NCBI RefSeq assembly: GCF_964355755.1
Contig: NC_092672.1
Location: 31,564,437 to 31,628,436, forward strand
Direction of reading: 5' to 3'
Source: Antedon mediterranea
Lineage: Eukaryota > Animalia > Echinodermata
Length of the DNA stretch: 64,000 nt
In this document: positions 51,859 through 64,000 of the stretch, one piece after another
Numbering within the stretch: position 1 is the stretch's first letter
Layout of the letters: every line of letters starts with the position of its first letter
Notes under the pieces: model-generated
What the model saw: the letters and a program-made list of their open reading frames with translations, nothing else
Databases searched by the model: none
Told to the model about the DNA's origin: nothing
Position numbers and translations under genes: made by a program

Positions 51859-53436
51859 AAGTTATACTGATGGCCTTGAATAGTATAAAACTATACATTA
51901 TAATAAAAACGCAATTTGAAATAATGTTAAACCATTTGTTATATCGTACTACAGTATGGTATACTACGATATTTTGAATTTTAATAATTATAAATAATTG
52001 GTTGACTTTTGGTGTTGCTGTTTGGCTTTTTTTTGTGAACTAATTTAGCATGGTAGTAAATAATTTTCTGTAGAAGTGAATGTACACTAGTTTGTTATTA
52101 AATATGTATTATAAAATGGTTTACAATTGCAAAATATATTATCATAATTCTATTTAATGTGACATGTATAATATCTATTAAAATCAAGTCTTAATTAGTC
52201 TGTATACATCCGCTCTTGAGGGCGGGTATCACTCTCTGTTACAAACTCAACACAAGCGATTTCCACTTAGTTATGTCCGTCATGGCAGGCCATACACCAG
52301 CATACTGCGCGAAGGTTGCCAAAAAGTCCACACTGGCAAACTTTGAAAAGGTTTCTCTGAGTTTGCACTGCAAACTTAAAGTTTGCATTGTTTGGAGAAA
52401 TGTGTGTGTTTTGTCGACACTAGTTCTCGGCTGCCATTTTGCACATCTACATCTACTAAAACTTCTGAGTTGACAAACCTCAGCAACCTAAGTTGTCGGC
52501 ATTCTAAAAACCCGGCTTTCTGCAAGTTGCTGACGGTCTACAAACTGGCAAACATTGAACATCGTATGTCTCTACAACTTTTGCCACCTAAACTATTTAC
52601 CGAACTTTGCAAAATCCGAATTTGGCACTGTTTGAAGAAACATTTTCTAGTGTAGTGTACTCAAGGCTGCAATAGGTGTACGGTCTAGTTTCCTTCATCT
52701 TCAGCAGTAGTAAACTTCAGTTTGCAATCTCGAGTAAACAAAATGGAGCTAGTGTGTAGACAAGTTGACAAACTTTGGCAAACTGCAGAAGACTAGTTAA
52801 TTTCGGACAGACTGTCAAGGAGCTTCAACCTCATTGAATCATAACAAAATAATCATCACTTCAAACCCATCGACTGCATATTGGTCCATCTTGAAATAAC
52901 GTAAAATAATCTTATTCTGGAAACTATCCAATTGTTTGTATTTTTTCTTTGTTATGTATTTAAACGTATTGTTGAATGGATGCTAAATGAATAAATGAAA
53001 AAATTAAAATGAAAATCTGAAAAATGTGTCTATATCACAAAAGTGAAATATTTAATCACTAATTTGGGTGTTCCTTTAATCGATTGGTGTAATCTAACTC
53101 TATTAAAGAATAAATACATATTTAAAATGTTTACAAGTAAGCTGCAGCTACCACAACTTAAACTCCAAATACAAACAACAATACAGGCATTACAGTACAT
53201 TTATATAAAAAAAAGAACCCATTGAGTTAAGTTAAAGCCATGACATAATTATGAAGGTAGTAAGCCTAGACAAATTACATTACCATGATTATTAGGTAAT
53301 TAAAAAGTAAGAATATAAATTAAGCAGCCTACGTAGGCGTAATAATAGCCATAACTTTTCAGTTCTAAGTTCACTTAAGAAAACAAAATGTCATTACCAT
53401 GATATGAATTTAAGATAAATTAATATTTCAGCGTAC

Positions 53437-56400
53437 GAAATGACGTTTTTAATTATTTGAGGGAGAAACACTTATCAATATACTGTTTACAAGACGTTCA
53501 TTGGTTAGAATCACAAACAACGCAAATAGAATCCGAGTGGGGACACAAATGTTTTATTAGCTATGGAAAATCAAATTCTAGGGGAGTCGCTATTCTGCTA
53601 AATAACAATTTCGAATACTCCATAAATGATGTTAAAAAAGATAACTATGGTAATTGGATCGCGATCAACATTAGAGTGAGAGATATTGACTTAATAATAA
53701 TGAATGTTTACGGACCTAATAAAGATGATCCTCCTTTCTATCAGGAAGTTAAAAAAGTGATCGAATTATTCACTAGCCCTTATATTCTGATTTGCGGTGA
53801 CTGGAATCTAGTTCAAAATGAAAATCTAGACCTATTTAACTATCGACATGTAAATAATCCTAAAGCTAAAACAATTGTACAACAAATTATGCTAGACTTG
53901 GATCTATGTGACGTATGGAGAAAAAAAAACCCAAACGAGAAGCGCTATACGTGGCGATCAAAAAATCCTTTTAAACAAGCAAGGCTTGATTACTTTTTGA
54001 CCTCAAACAATTTATTGCACCTAGTGTCAAATGCAAACATCCTACCAAGTTATAAGTCTGATCACTCAATAGTGACAATAACACTTGATTTAAAAAGTAT
54101 AGAAAGAGGAAAGGGGTTTTGGAAATTTAATAATTCACTTCTCCATGACCAAGATTATGTTACACTCATAAATGAAATTATAAAAAATACGATTAAAAGC
54201 TATACCAACACCACACCTAAAGACCCAGAGAATAATAAGTTAAATCTAACTATAAATGACCAACTATTTTTTGAGGTGTTGCTTTGCAATATTCGTGGAG
54301 GTACAATAAAATATAGTTCAAGAAAAAATAAAGCCATTCTTAATGTGGAAAAAGAATTAATTAATAACATAGAAGAGATGGAAAACGATCTCGCACAACA
54401 AACATTAGATATTACAGTCACAGAACACGGAGTAAAAGAAATTGAACAAAAAAAGCACGCCTAGAAGAAATTCGAAACGAAAAGCTAAAGGGGGCATTTA
54501 TTAGATCTCGTGCTAAGTGGATAGAAGAGGCTGAAAAGCCAACCACATTTTTCTTAGGTCTCGAGAAAACTAACTTTACGAACAAATTAATAGACGAATT
54601 AATAGATGAAGAAAAAAAAACTATATTGGACAATAAACTTATAATAAAGGAAGTTGAGCATTTTTACAGTTCTTTATATTAAAAAAAAGATATAGAAAAT
54701 AAAGCAAATAGATTTAAACGTATTAATAACAAACCAGAACTTTGAAAAAGTTTCAGAAGAAGAATCTCAAAAGCTTGAGAGTGAATTGACCTTAGCTGAG
54801 CTTACAAATGCACTCAATAAAATGAAAAACAACAAATCACCTGGAACAGACGGCTTTACGTCTGAATTTTTCAAGATTTTTTTGGGGAAACTGGGTGCTC
54901 TACTTCTTCGTTCTTTGAAATATGGCTTTTAAAACTTGTAACCTTTCAGTCACTCAAAAACATATTTTATATGATATCCTCTCACTCTATGACGAAAAAA
55001 ACCTACCTGGTCTCGTATTACTGGTAGATTTCGAGAAAGCTTTTGATTCCCTGGCGTTCAAATTTATTGATAAGTGTTTGACCTTCTTTAATTTTGGACC
55101 AACTCTTAAGAAATAGTGTAGACTTTTTTACACGAAAATTTCTTGCGTTCTAGTTAATGGACACCCCAGCAATTTTTTCAATATTGAAAGAGGTTGCAGA
55201 CAGGGCGATCCGCTATCTCCATACCTATTTATTCTGGGAGTGGAAATTCTAAACATGATGTACGCCAAAATATTAATATTAAAGGAGTAACAATTGACAC
55301 CTCTGAGATTAAAATGTTACAATACGCAGATGACACTGCATTTCTTCTGAACGGCTCACACAAATCACTTACTGAATGCATGAGTACACTTTCAAAATTT
55401 GAAAAGATGTCTGGTTTAAAAATTAACATTTCTAAATCAAAAGCAATATGGTTTGGATTTAAAAAGTTCTCGAATGAACAAATTAATACTAATTCAAATC
55501 TTGACTGGTGTGATAAAGGCCGTTTTGATTTTTTGGGTGTTACATTTGACTTAGAAATAAGCAAAATGACTAAAATAAATGTTGAAGAGATAACTGGTAA
55601 AATTAGGTCTACTATCAATGTGTGGCGTAAGAGAAATCTTACTGTGTTGGGAAGGTTAACTGTGTTAAAATCTCTAATATTATCAAAACTTAATTATATT
55701 TTCACAATGTTGCCAAACCCTACTACAGCTTATCTAAATGAACTTAATAGGATGTTTTTTAATTTTGTCTGGAAGGGAAAGGATAAAATCAAAAGAAATA
55801 AGCTAATTAGAGAGTATAAGGATGGCGGAATTAACATGATTGATATCTTCAGTTACATAAAGGCAGTTAAGATTAGTTGGATGCGAAGAATTCGTAACAA
55901 CACTGGAATTCTCAATGTACTTTTCAACAAAATATGCCATGGTAAAAAAACTGAATCAATCTTTGAATACGGCTCATGCATGATTCAGAGGCTGTCAAAA
56001 AATATGAACAATTTGTTCTGGAGAGATGTTCTCCATTCATGGTCCGAGTTTATTGCTATTCATAATTCAACAGTATCTGCAAACTATAACGTACTAAAAG
56101 AACCAATTTATGGTTGAATGATTCGATTCTAATCAATAACTTTCCAATTTTTTACACCAATTATTATGAGTGTGGCGTAAGGTTCATAAATGATTTAATC
56201 TCGGATAGAGGAACCTTGCTTAGTTATGAAAACTTCAAAACACACTATAAGGTGAAAAAAAATAATTTCCTTAAATACTATGGATTAATTGATGCAATTA
56301 TAACTAAATACCCTTCTTTGGGTACAGAAATAAATACTAAATTACAAAACCCAATAAATTTACCCATACTTGAAACCATAACCAAACCCCAAACAGGATG

Positions 56401-57174
56401 TAAAGCTTTTTATCGTAAGTTTATTCAAAACAAAGACTTTAACTGTAAAGCTAAACAAAAGTGGGGTAAAATCTTAAATGTTGAATTCTCGGAACATGAA
56501 TGGGAGGAAATTAATGTTGCAACTTTTAATGTGACCGACAACGTAAAATTACGATGGTTCCAATACAGACTTAACAACAGTATCCTCACAACTAAAATTT
56601 ACCTTAAGATTATTAAGTACATCGACGAAGATAACTGCTACTTTTGTAACATTAGAAGAGAAACAGTTTATCATTTATTCTGTAAATGTAATATCAGTAG
56701 ATGGATAAGCAATTTTTTTTTTTCAATGGTGTTCTCGAAATCTTGATATTCGTATATGTGTATCGGAAAGTGAACTGCTTTTTAGTAATACACCATCCAA
56801 TAGGATTAATTTACTTTTGTCAATACTAAAGTTGTATATATATAAGAGTAAGTTTTCGGGCCTCCTCTCACCCACCGGCCTCATAAGCTTTGTAAAATAT
56901 TACTTTACAATTAAAAAGTTTAGATGTTTGATTAATAATAGAGCCGAAGAATGGGAAGAGTGGAGTGCCTGGGATAATCTTCTGTAACATAGATTTGTAT
57001 CACTCTTTCCTGACTTGATGTGCACAACTATATTTATTTTATAAGAAGGTGTTTATATAGGAGAATTGATTTTGTATAATTTTTCTATTTTTTCTCTGTC
57101 TGCTTTTTTTTTTGTATTTCGATGTATTAAAGAAAGATTGAAAATAAAAAAAAAAATAAATAAAATAAAAAAAA
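53437..57174 (+). mobile_element. 5'-truncated, decayed L1/Tx1-clade LINE (ORF2)
   Basis: APE endonuclease (CLQD, GDWN, RLDY, SDH), RT (DFEKAFD, QGDP, YADD), C-terminal CYFC..HLF.KC, A-rich tail, and a 15-bp TSD AATATTTCAGCGTAC at 53422-53436 and 57175-57189; several frameshifts and an internal deletion near 54960. Confidence 0.93.
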
Positions 57175-58739
57175 AATATTTCAGCGTACAGATTTTAATA
57201 AGCCTACTCGAGTTACATAATTCAAATTCAAAGTGCTTCACTTTTTAAAGACATAACAAAGCTTTTGACTATTTCAATAGAAAATGTATTAGTAAATAGC
57301 TAGAAACCTTTATCTATGGCCCATCTTTTATATTTGATTTGATTTGATTTGAATTTATTTGGAAAATCATCATAAAAAATACATACAAAGTGATAACATA
57401 AATTACGGACATTACAAATAATACATTTATAAAAGACTTTCCAGGATAGCCCAAAAAGCTTATCAGCTTATTTCCATTGGGATCCTTTATTATTAAAGCT
57501 GTACACGCTACAATAACCATAACAATTGGTTGTCTTGTTTTTTTTAAAGTAAAATCTGGAGTATGACAAGGATGTCCTTTAAGTGATCTTTTCTAACATT
57601 ATCTTAAAAGCAAATTAGCATGCTGATGATAACACTTTATTTCTCAGCTATGACATATCCATCCACATAATTTTGAAATAAACAGATTGATGAATTCACG
57701 AGATCTCGAAAATGAGATTACATTTTAAGTTAAGAGACTAACAACGATTGGTAAAAAATGTAAAGGTCATGTCATTGACATGATTCGTCTAAATTTTCAT
57801 CGGCTAAAATGAAACGCATTAACATAACTGTTCTAATGATTGTTTTAACATGGAAAAATATGCCCCTTTACTATTTTGGAAAACTCATAACAGGTGATGA
57901 CAAATGCTTGATGCAATAGGCCTAACTGTTCTAGTAAATATTCAGAAAACAATTTCGACAAACCATTTCAGATTTTCGACACTGTATATAGCATGTAATT
58001 TATTTAATCTAAACTTTAAAAGATAGTAACTTATATTCATTTATTTAATCACTTTGTATTATTTAATGATCTACTATGGTACAAAACTATAAAATTTTGA
58101 CAATAAAGTGCACTTGTATCTTATATTGTATGACTATAAATATCGCTTGACACAATGTACTTTACATTTTGTTTACAAACACACACGAATAATTAATGAT
58201 AGAGATAGAAACGATATTAACACCACATACACGACCAACTGATGTGGTTTAATAATCGTATTAAATATGAAGGTAATACTCTTCATTATCTAAATTGAAC
58301 GTGCTATTTATAAACAACATGATGATGATGCTGATGAAATATTGTTGTTATATAATTTTTTAAAGAACAAAGTTAAAAACAATCATTTAATGGTCGAATA
58401 TTATACATTGTACATGCTATTCCACATAATGTTTGGTATATTATTAAAGTAAACTCGAAAATAACATATGAAAATTCATTGAAGCTTTGTAATTCAAACT
58501 ATTATAAGACAACTTATTAATTGTATTTTTTTTCTGTTTTGGAATAGTACATTCTTACTACACATTTAAAAAGAAATAATGACGATTTAATCCTTAAATT
58601 ATAAACTGTTTTGGTCGACTTAATATATTCATTTCAACCCACAGTTTTCAATTTACATAATCATAATACTAAATAGAATTGACTTTTTATCATATTCAAT
58701 TAATAATTAATTATTCGTACAGAAATAGACAGAGTTAAT

Positions 58740-58950
58740 TACACTGGAGTTCTTACATCAGACATTTGAAAAGCCCTAGGCAATGTGGATCACATTATCT
58801 TAATTAAGAAACTAGAAGCAACGGGAATAGATAACTCAACCGTTAAGATCTTATCTTGCAACAGACAGCATACAGTTTTTGTTAAAAACACACATTCCCG
58901 TCTCCTTTCTATTCCATGTGGTGTTCCACAAGGTAACATAGGACCTCTTT
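58740..58950 (+). mobile_element. Old LINE RT fragment (CR1/L2 group)
   Basis: DHIILIKKL ... RQHTVFV ... CGVPQG. Confidence 0.6.
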
Positions 58951-60298
58951 GCTACGTTCAATTTTCAATTCAATTCAATTCAATTTATTTTCCACATACA
59001 ACTGGTATAATAATCTTTAATGTCTTTCTGTTTTGTTCTTTCTCACATAAATAAAATCAAAACTTAAGACAAAAACCAAACTAAACTAAACAACTACTAC
59101 AACAAACTACATTAAAGAACAACACATATTCTGGTCTCCTTTCTATTTTATGTGGTGTTCTACAATGAGGTATAACATAGGACCTTTTTGTACGTTCAAT
59201 TTTCAATTCAATTCAATTCAATTTCTTTTCCACATACTACAACTACTACAACCAAGATCTGTGCAGAGCACAGATCTTTAAGCTAATAAGCAACCTTACA
59301 AAATAATAAATATTTACAATAAGCATACAAGCAAGTGAATAAATAAATAAATAAGTAAACAAATAAATTTTGTATATATTGTATAAAATATAATAAAAAA
59401 GCAGGGTAGTATTTATTCACCATATATCGAGATCAGAGGCAGTTTAAAAGCACACTTATTTACTGATGCCAAGTAAAGATCCCGTCTTATAGCTAGTGAT
59501 CTAAGCAATGAACTCAAATCATGTAATCATTTGTATCCTGATAACATATCAATTCACTTGAGGCTGCCTTATTTGGAACAAATAGTTAATTAAAACAAGC
59601 TAATGACTTCTAGATTGTAGCGGAAGTAAACAAGCAACCTGCGCATTTTCTTTAGGTATATCACTTGATAAGTCATTACATAGTAGATTTAGTTTTTTTT
59701 TAGTTTAAGAGATAAAGTTTTTGTATAAACAAGTATTATTTCTTAATAAATACGCTAGAAAACAATTATATTCTGATCTTATTCAACATAATTTTGATTA
59801 GCCGACGCGTTGTATCATGGTGCCAAGCAAGAGGACAAGCCTATCATTAAAATCAGCCATTTTGCTCGAAAATAATTGTTTTATTAAATTGTTGGTTGTG
59901 ATATTTTACAATGATCGATCTCAGAGTTACAGAACTTGTTTTTCGTTCTAAGTTAATTTTTATACCTCATTTACGTCGTTTTTTGTTGTCTACATCATTG
60001 TATATTTCGTTTTTGTGTTGATATAAGTAGATTTTGCGTTGCGCGTATACGTTAACCGCCGTGTAGGCTTGCTCCAAATCTGTATTTATTGTCTTTTTTA
60101 TGTTAGATTCACACGTCGATTTGTGTCTGAAAATACCAAGCTAAAGTAGTATACATATGAAACGCCATATGTGCCAAAACTTTTTACTAATATTAAGACT
60201 GTTTTTCAATAGTATTGACTTTACACAGCACACACGATCTTTAAAATGTACATACATGATAACAGCAAATCATCTGTTTAGTTTCATAAATCCAAAGC

Positions 60299-61291
60299 TC
60301 ATTTGAAGCATTTTAGACCGAAGAACTTGAAAAACACCCCTCTGATTTTAAGATGTGTAAGTGCATAAAGGAATGGATTGATGGCCGAGTTACTCCACAA
60401 GAGGTAGAGAACAAACGACCAAACAATCATAGCTGGTGAGTTGTTATCATCACTAATTACACTCCAAATAAGCACAATCGAGTAAGGAGTCCAGCAGATG
60501 ACAAAAGCAGAAACTAGAGCCGCAAGAGTTATTGCCGCTTTTCGATGTCTTGTATTATCCACGTTTTGTTGGTCAGACCTCGAAGATGTATAACCTGTAG
60601 TGATTGGTGTAAGATTGTTTGCAACCTGGTGTATTGATTGGTTGTGATTTATACGCGTGCGATGACGTATCTCTTTGAATACATAGCTATTCAAATATGC
60701 TATAATGGTTAACGGTATTACAAAATAAACGAATATAGTTACCAAAGTGTAAGGCAGACTTGTTGACTCTATATCGCAATATACTGAATAGTCAATTATT
60801 TGTTCACCTCTGAATTTCTCCCAGAATAAAATTGGAATTGCGTAAAATGGCAAGACAGCCGCCCACGAGACAAGAATCATTACGGTAACTCGTTTTGTAG
60901 TCTGAAATTGAAGGTATTTCAACTTCAGTTTTAACATCCAGTACCGGTCCAAACTGATTAAGATAATACCACAAACAGAAACACCACATGTCGAGTAGTC
61001 AATGATCAACCACATCTTACAGACGCCTTCACCAAATGGCCAATAACCAAACATTAGCCAAAGAGCGTAAAGCGGGAAGGAGAAGGCACCAATGAAAAAG
61101 TCCGCTACAGACAGATTCAAGATGAACAAATTAGCTGGATTCGAACGAAGTGATTTTTCGGTGATGAAAGCGAGAATGATGAGACTGTTCCCGAACACGG
61201 TCACTACGGACAAAAACCAACATATGACGACTTCTCCAGATACAATCAAACTATCATCAGTTTGATTCAAATAGTTGCTGGACGATTCCAT
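60299..61291 (-). CDS. GPCR copy 10 (intact; D3.32, Y5.46)
   Basis: Full 7TM ORF ending KCFK*; acceptor ttttattcagtttcAG at ~61320. Confidence 0.9.
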   Translation of the reverse strand: MESSSNYLNQTDDSLIVSGEVVICWFLSVVTVFGNSLIILAFITEKSLRSNPANLFILNLSVADFFIGAFSFPLYALWLMFGYWPFGEGVCKMWLIIDYSTCGVSVCGIILISLDRYWMLKLKLKYLQFQTTKRVTVMILVSWAAVLPFYAIPILFWEKFRGEQIIDYSVYCDIESTSLPYTLVTIFVYFVIPLTIIAYLNSYVFKEIRHRTRINHNQSIHQVANNLTPITTGYTSSRSDQQNVDNTRHRKAAITLAALVSAFVICWTPYSIVLIWSVISDDNNSPAMIVWSFVLYLLWSNSAINPFLYALTHLKIRGVFFKFFGLKCFK

Positions 61292-61814
61292 GTTTCCGTG
61301 AAGTTAACTTACACAATTACTGAAACTGAATAAAACAGTAGGAATTTGAATTAATAACAGAATCTGTTTGTGCACTTTTACTGTGTTAATAATATAATTA
61401 TGATTTAATAACTCAAATTTCAAGTGCTTCAGTTCAGTGATAATATTCCATTAAGACAGTAAATTGCTGTTATTATAATTTAGCCGTCGATTGAGTTCGG
61501 CCTTCCCGAGGATTTTGTAAACCACAAATTAACATGTTGGTAAACTTTAGCAAAAACTAGACATAATAAGAAATAAACTGACACTAGTTGAACAATTTTG
61601 TTGAGATTATTTGACATTAATTAACCTATATACATATATTTAAAACAGATATATTGTATTCTAAAGTCACATAATAGTTATTTACTTTGACCAGAAATTG
61701 GTCGAAACTAAATTATTTACCTGTATTATTTAACTGTAATTCAAGCAAACAATTCACTGGAAGTCAATGTTTTTTTGGTTGAATTTAACCTTTTATTTTG
61801 TCTTTTTTCTGAAA

Positions 61815-61923
61815 AAAAAAATTGTTTTCTACGGAAGTGACTAACTTTATTAAAACTGCGAAATGGCATATTCAAAGTCTTTTTATCAATCTTCATTTTT
61901 CCTGTATTTAGGGACAATACATC
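61815..61923 (-). mobile_element. Diverged fragment of the Kolobok-like MITE
   Basis: Reverse-complement similarity to 2898-3005 (GGGACAATACATC, CTACGGAAGTGA). Confidence 0.55.
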
Positions 61924-62370
61924 GAGATAGATATACGATTTTTACAGTGTTTAATTTGGTCTATAGTAAATATTTATATTTATCAATCAATAATTTATGT
62001 TGACTGCTTTGTTAAGAATAAAACTAGAAATAATAATAAACAAGTAAATTTCAAACAATGCTAAAATATGCATTTTCTATTATAACAATATTAATGATAT
62101 ATCATACTGATTAAATTGCTATAAATATTGTATTATCATTTATCTTGGAATGATTTTGAATTAGAATCACGACGATATTAACATTGCTAGTCATTTTCAA
62201 ACCCCTTACACGGTAATTATAAATGAATGATGATGGATGTAAATAGACCTAAAAAATAAGATCGCGGTGTTTGACACATTAGACGCAACACGTTTAATTA
62301 ATAAAAAAAACACATAAATATACTTGATAATATGATGTTTGCTATAATTATTTAAATAAACAATATATAA

Positions 62371-62610
62371 TACTTACAATCACTTGCTGTATTTACCTAT
62401 GTTACCATTCATCCCTCTTTAGAGTTCTCATTCACGGTGACTGTTGCTATGATCTTAAATGAGTGCTATGCGTCGTATATCATACCTGGGTAGACCAATC
62501 ATAACACGTCAAAATAAACACGCGAGTGGTTACGATTTAAACATGAATCCCATGATACAGTACATTACTATACTTACGTCACCATCCATCATAGGAGAGG
62601 GCGCAATCAT
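62371..62610 (-). promoter_or_regulatory. Putative promoter and non-coding exon 1 of copy 10
   Basis: Donor GTAAGTA at 62377, TAGACCAATCA at 62491, GAGGGCGCAAT at ~62598. Confidence 0.55.
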
Positions 62611-62929
62611 ATTTTTTAAATCATTTGAGTTTCCTTCAACAATTAGATGTGTTCATTGTTGATGTATTAATATCTGATTCACGTATATACTAATTTGTCC
62701 AGTAGGCCTATGATAGGCTCTGTAATACAGCGTCAAATATGTCATGGCATCAGAGCATTTGCAATGATTTAGATAGATAGATAGATAGATAGATAGCTAG
62801 AAGATAGTGTCCAGCAAATGTCAGTCTTCTTCTTATTGTTTTTGTTGGTATAGTCATAGAGCCATTACAGTACTTCGTTACTGAATATTTGTTGCCATTT
62901 TATTCTCATAGCAGTAGATTAAAGTGAGT

Positions 62930-63170
62930 GACTGCCATCAATTGCTTTCTTAAGTTTCTTTGTAATGGTCCAATTTTCTGATCCATATAGAAATACTGAT
63001 TCAACAGTCATCTTGAAGAGCCATAGTTTAAGGTTTTTACTACTATTTGACCTCCATATTTGATTTAATTTAGTAATTACAGTTCATGCTTTTTCTTTTC
63101 TTATTTTTAAATACCTGCTGGTCGTGTTAATAAAGCTACACAGATACCAGAAATCATTCACCTTGTCTAT
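62930..63170 (-). mobile_element. RTE-clade LINE fragment
   Basis: Translates KLNQIWRS..KLWLFKMTVESVFLYGSENWTITKKLKKAIDG. Confidence 0.65.
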
Positions 63171-64000
63171 CTCTATACTATTCTGTGTTTTAATTTTTCC
63201 GGATTGATTATATGATATAAATTCTCTCCACCTTTCGACACAAGTTTGATGGTTTCTAGGCCCAGGTAAGGCAATCTATTGGTTCTGACCTGACCTGACC
63301 TGACTTGACCTGATATAGTTTGGTCGTCGGTCGTCGCAAATCGATAACTTCTTAATAACAAAGGTTTTTGTTATTACTAACACAATTATAATAAGATGCT
63401 TAATGTACTATATTTGTTATTGTTATGCTTTAAAATTCATGATATATAGATACATAAAATGTAATTAGTATAAATAGACATTTTTAATGAATTAAACCAT
63501 TCCACTTATATGGATTAAGATTATATGTACAATCTACTGCGTAATCAACATACACGTATAAAAAGTTTAAAAAAAAATTCATTAATGCCTATCAATAATT
63601 TATTTTGATGTTTTATATGTGATTTTATATAGATTTGTATTTTATATGTATATTTCCTATTATCTCTCAGTGTATAAAGAACAATTTATGATGTATTATT
63701 TTATATTGGACCAAATAAAAACTTAAAATTGGCTTTAGTGAAATTGCATTATAGGAGTAAATTTACTTTTATGTTTTAATTTAGTACGATAGATAAGTAC
63801 GAAATGATGTATATATTTCATATGTTTACAAATACAGTATAGCCTCTATTAAGGAGACCCATGGGACCTAAAAAAGTTTCTCATTCATATATATTTACAT
63901 AAATTACTATAACTAGAGATTGTTTAAGAAAAAAAGTACATAAACTAATAATAAATAAAAGAAAACAAAGTTACAATTTCTATTTAAACCATATTATCCA

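Overview
AT-rich eukaryotic (invertebrate-like) genomic DNA containing a head-to-tail tandem array of ten class-A GPCR genes, all on the minus strand, plus the remnant of an eleventh. Their motifs best match histamine H3/H4-type aminergic receptors. Six copies are intact, three are frameshifted, and one carries a single in-frame TGA. Most copies share one architecture: a conserved promoter-like block, a short non-coding exon, a GT-AG intron, then one coding exon. Only the first copy keeps both canonical histamine-binding residues (D3.32 and E5.46); the others carry different pocket residues, suggesting a TAAR-like, possibly chemosensory, expansion shaped by birth-death and gene conversion. Interspersed elements include a young Ty3/Gypsy retrotransposon with identical TG...AA LTRs nested in a 9.4-kb TTAA-flanked Kolobok-like composite, a 5'-truncated L1/Tx1 LINE, two solo LTRs, tRNA/Deu-type SINEs, DINE/HINE-like elements and MITEs. 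A 3.7-kb, 58-bp satellite is built from a receptor gene's own splice-donor junction. All family assignments come from motifs recognised by eye; no searches were run.
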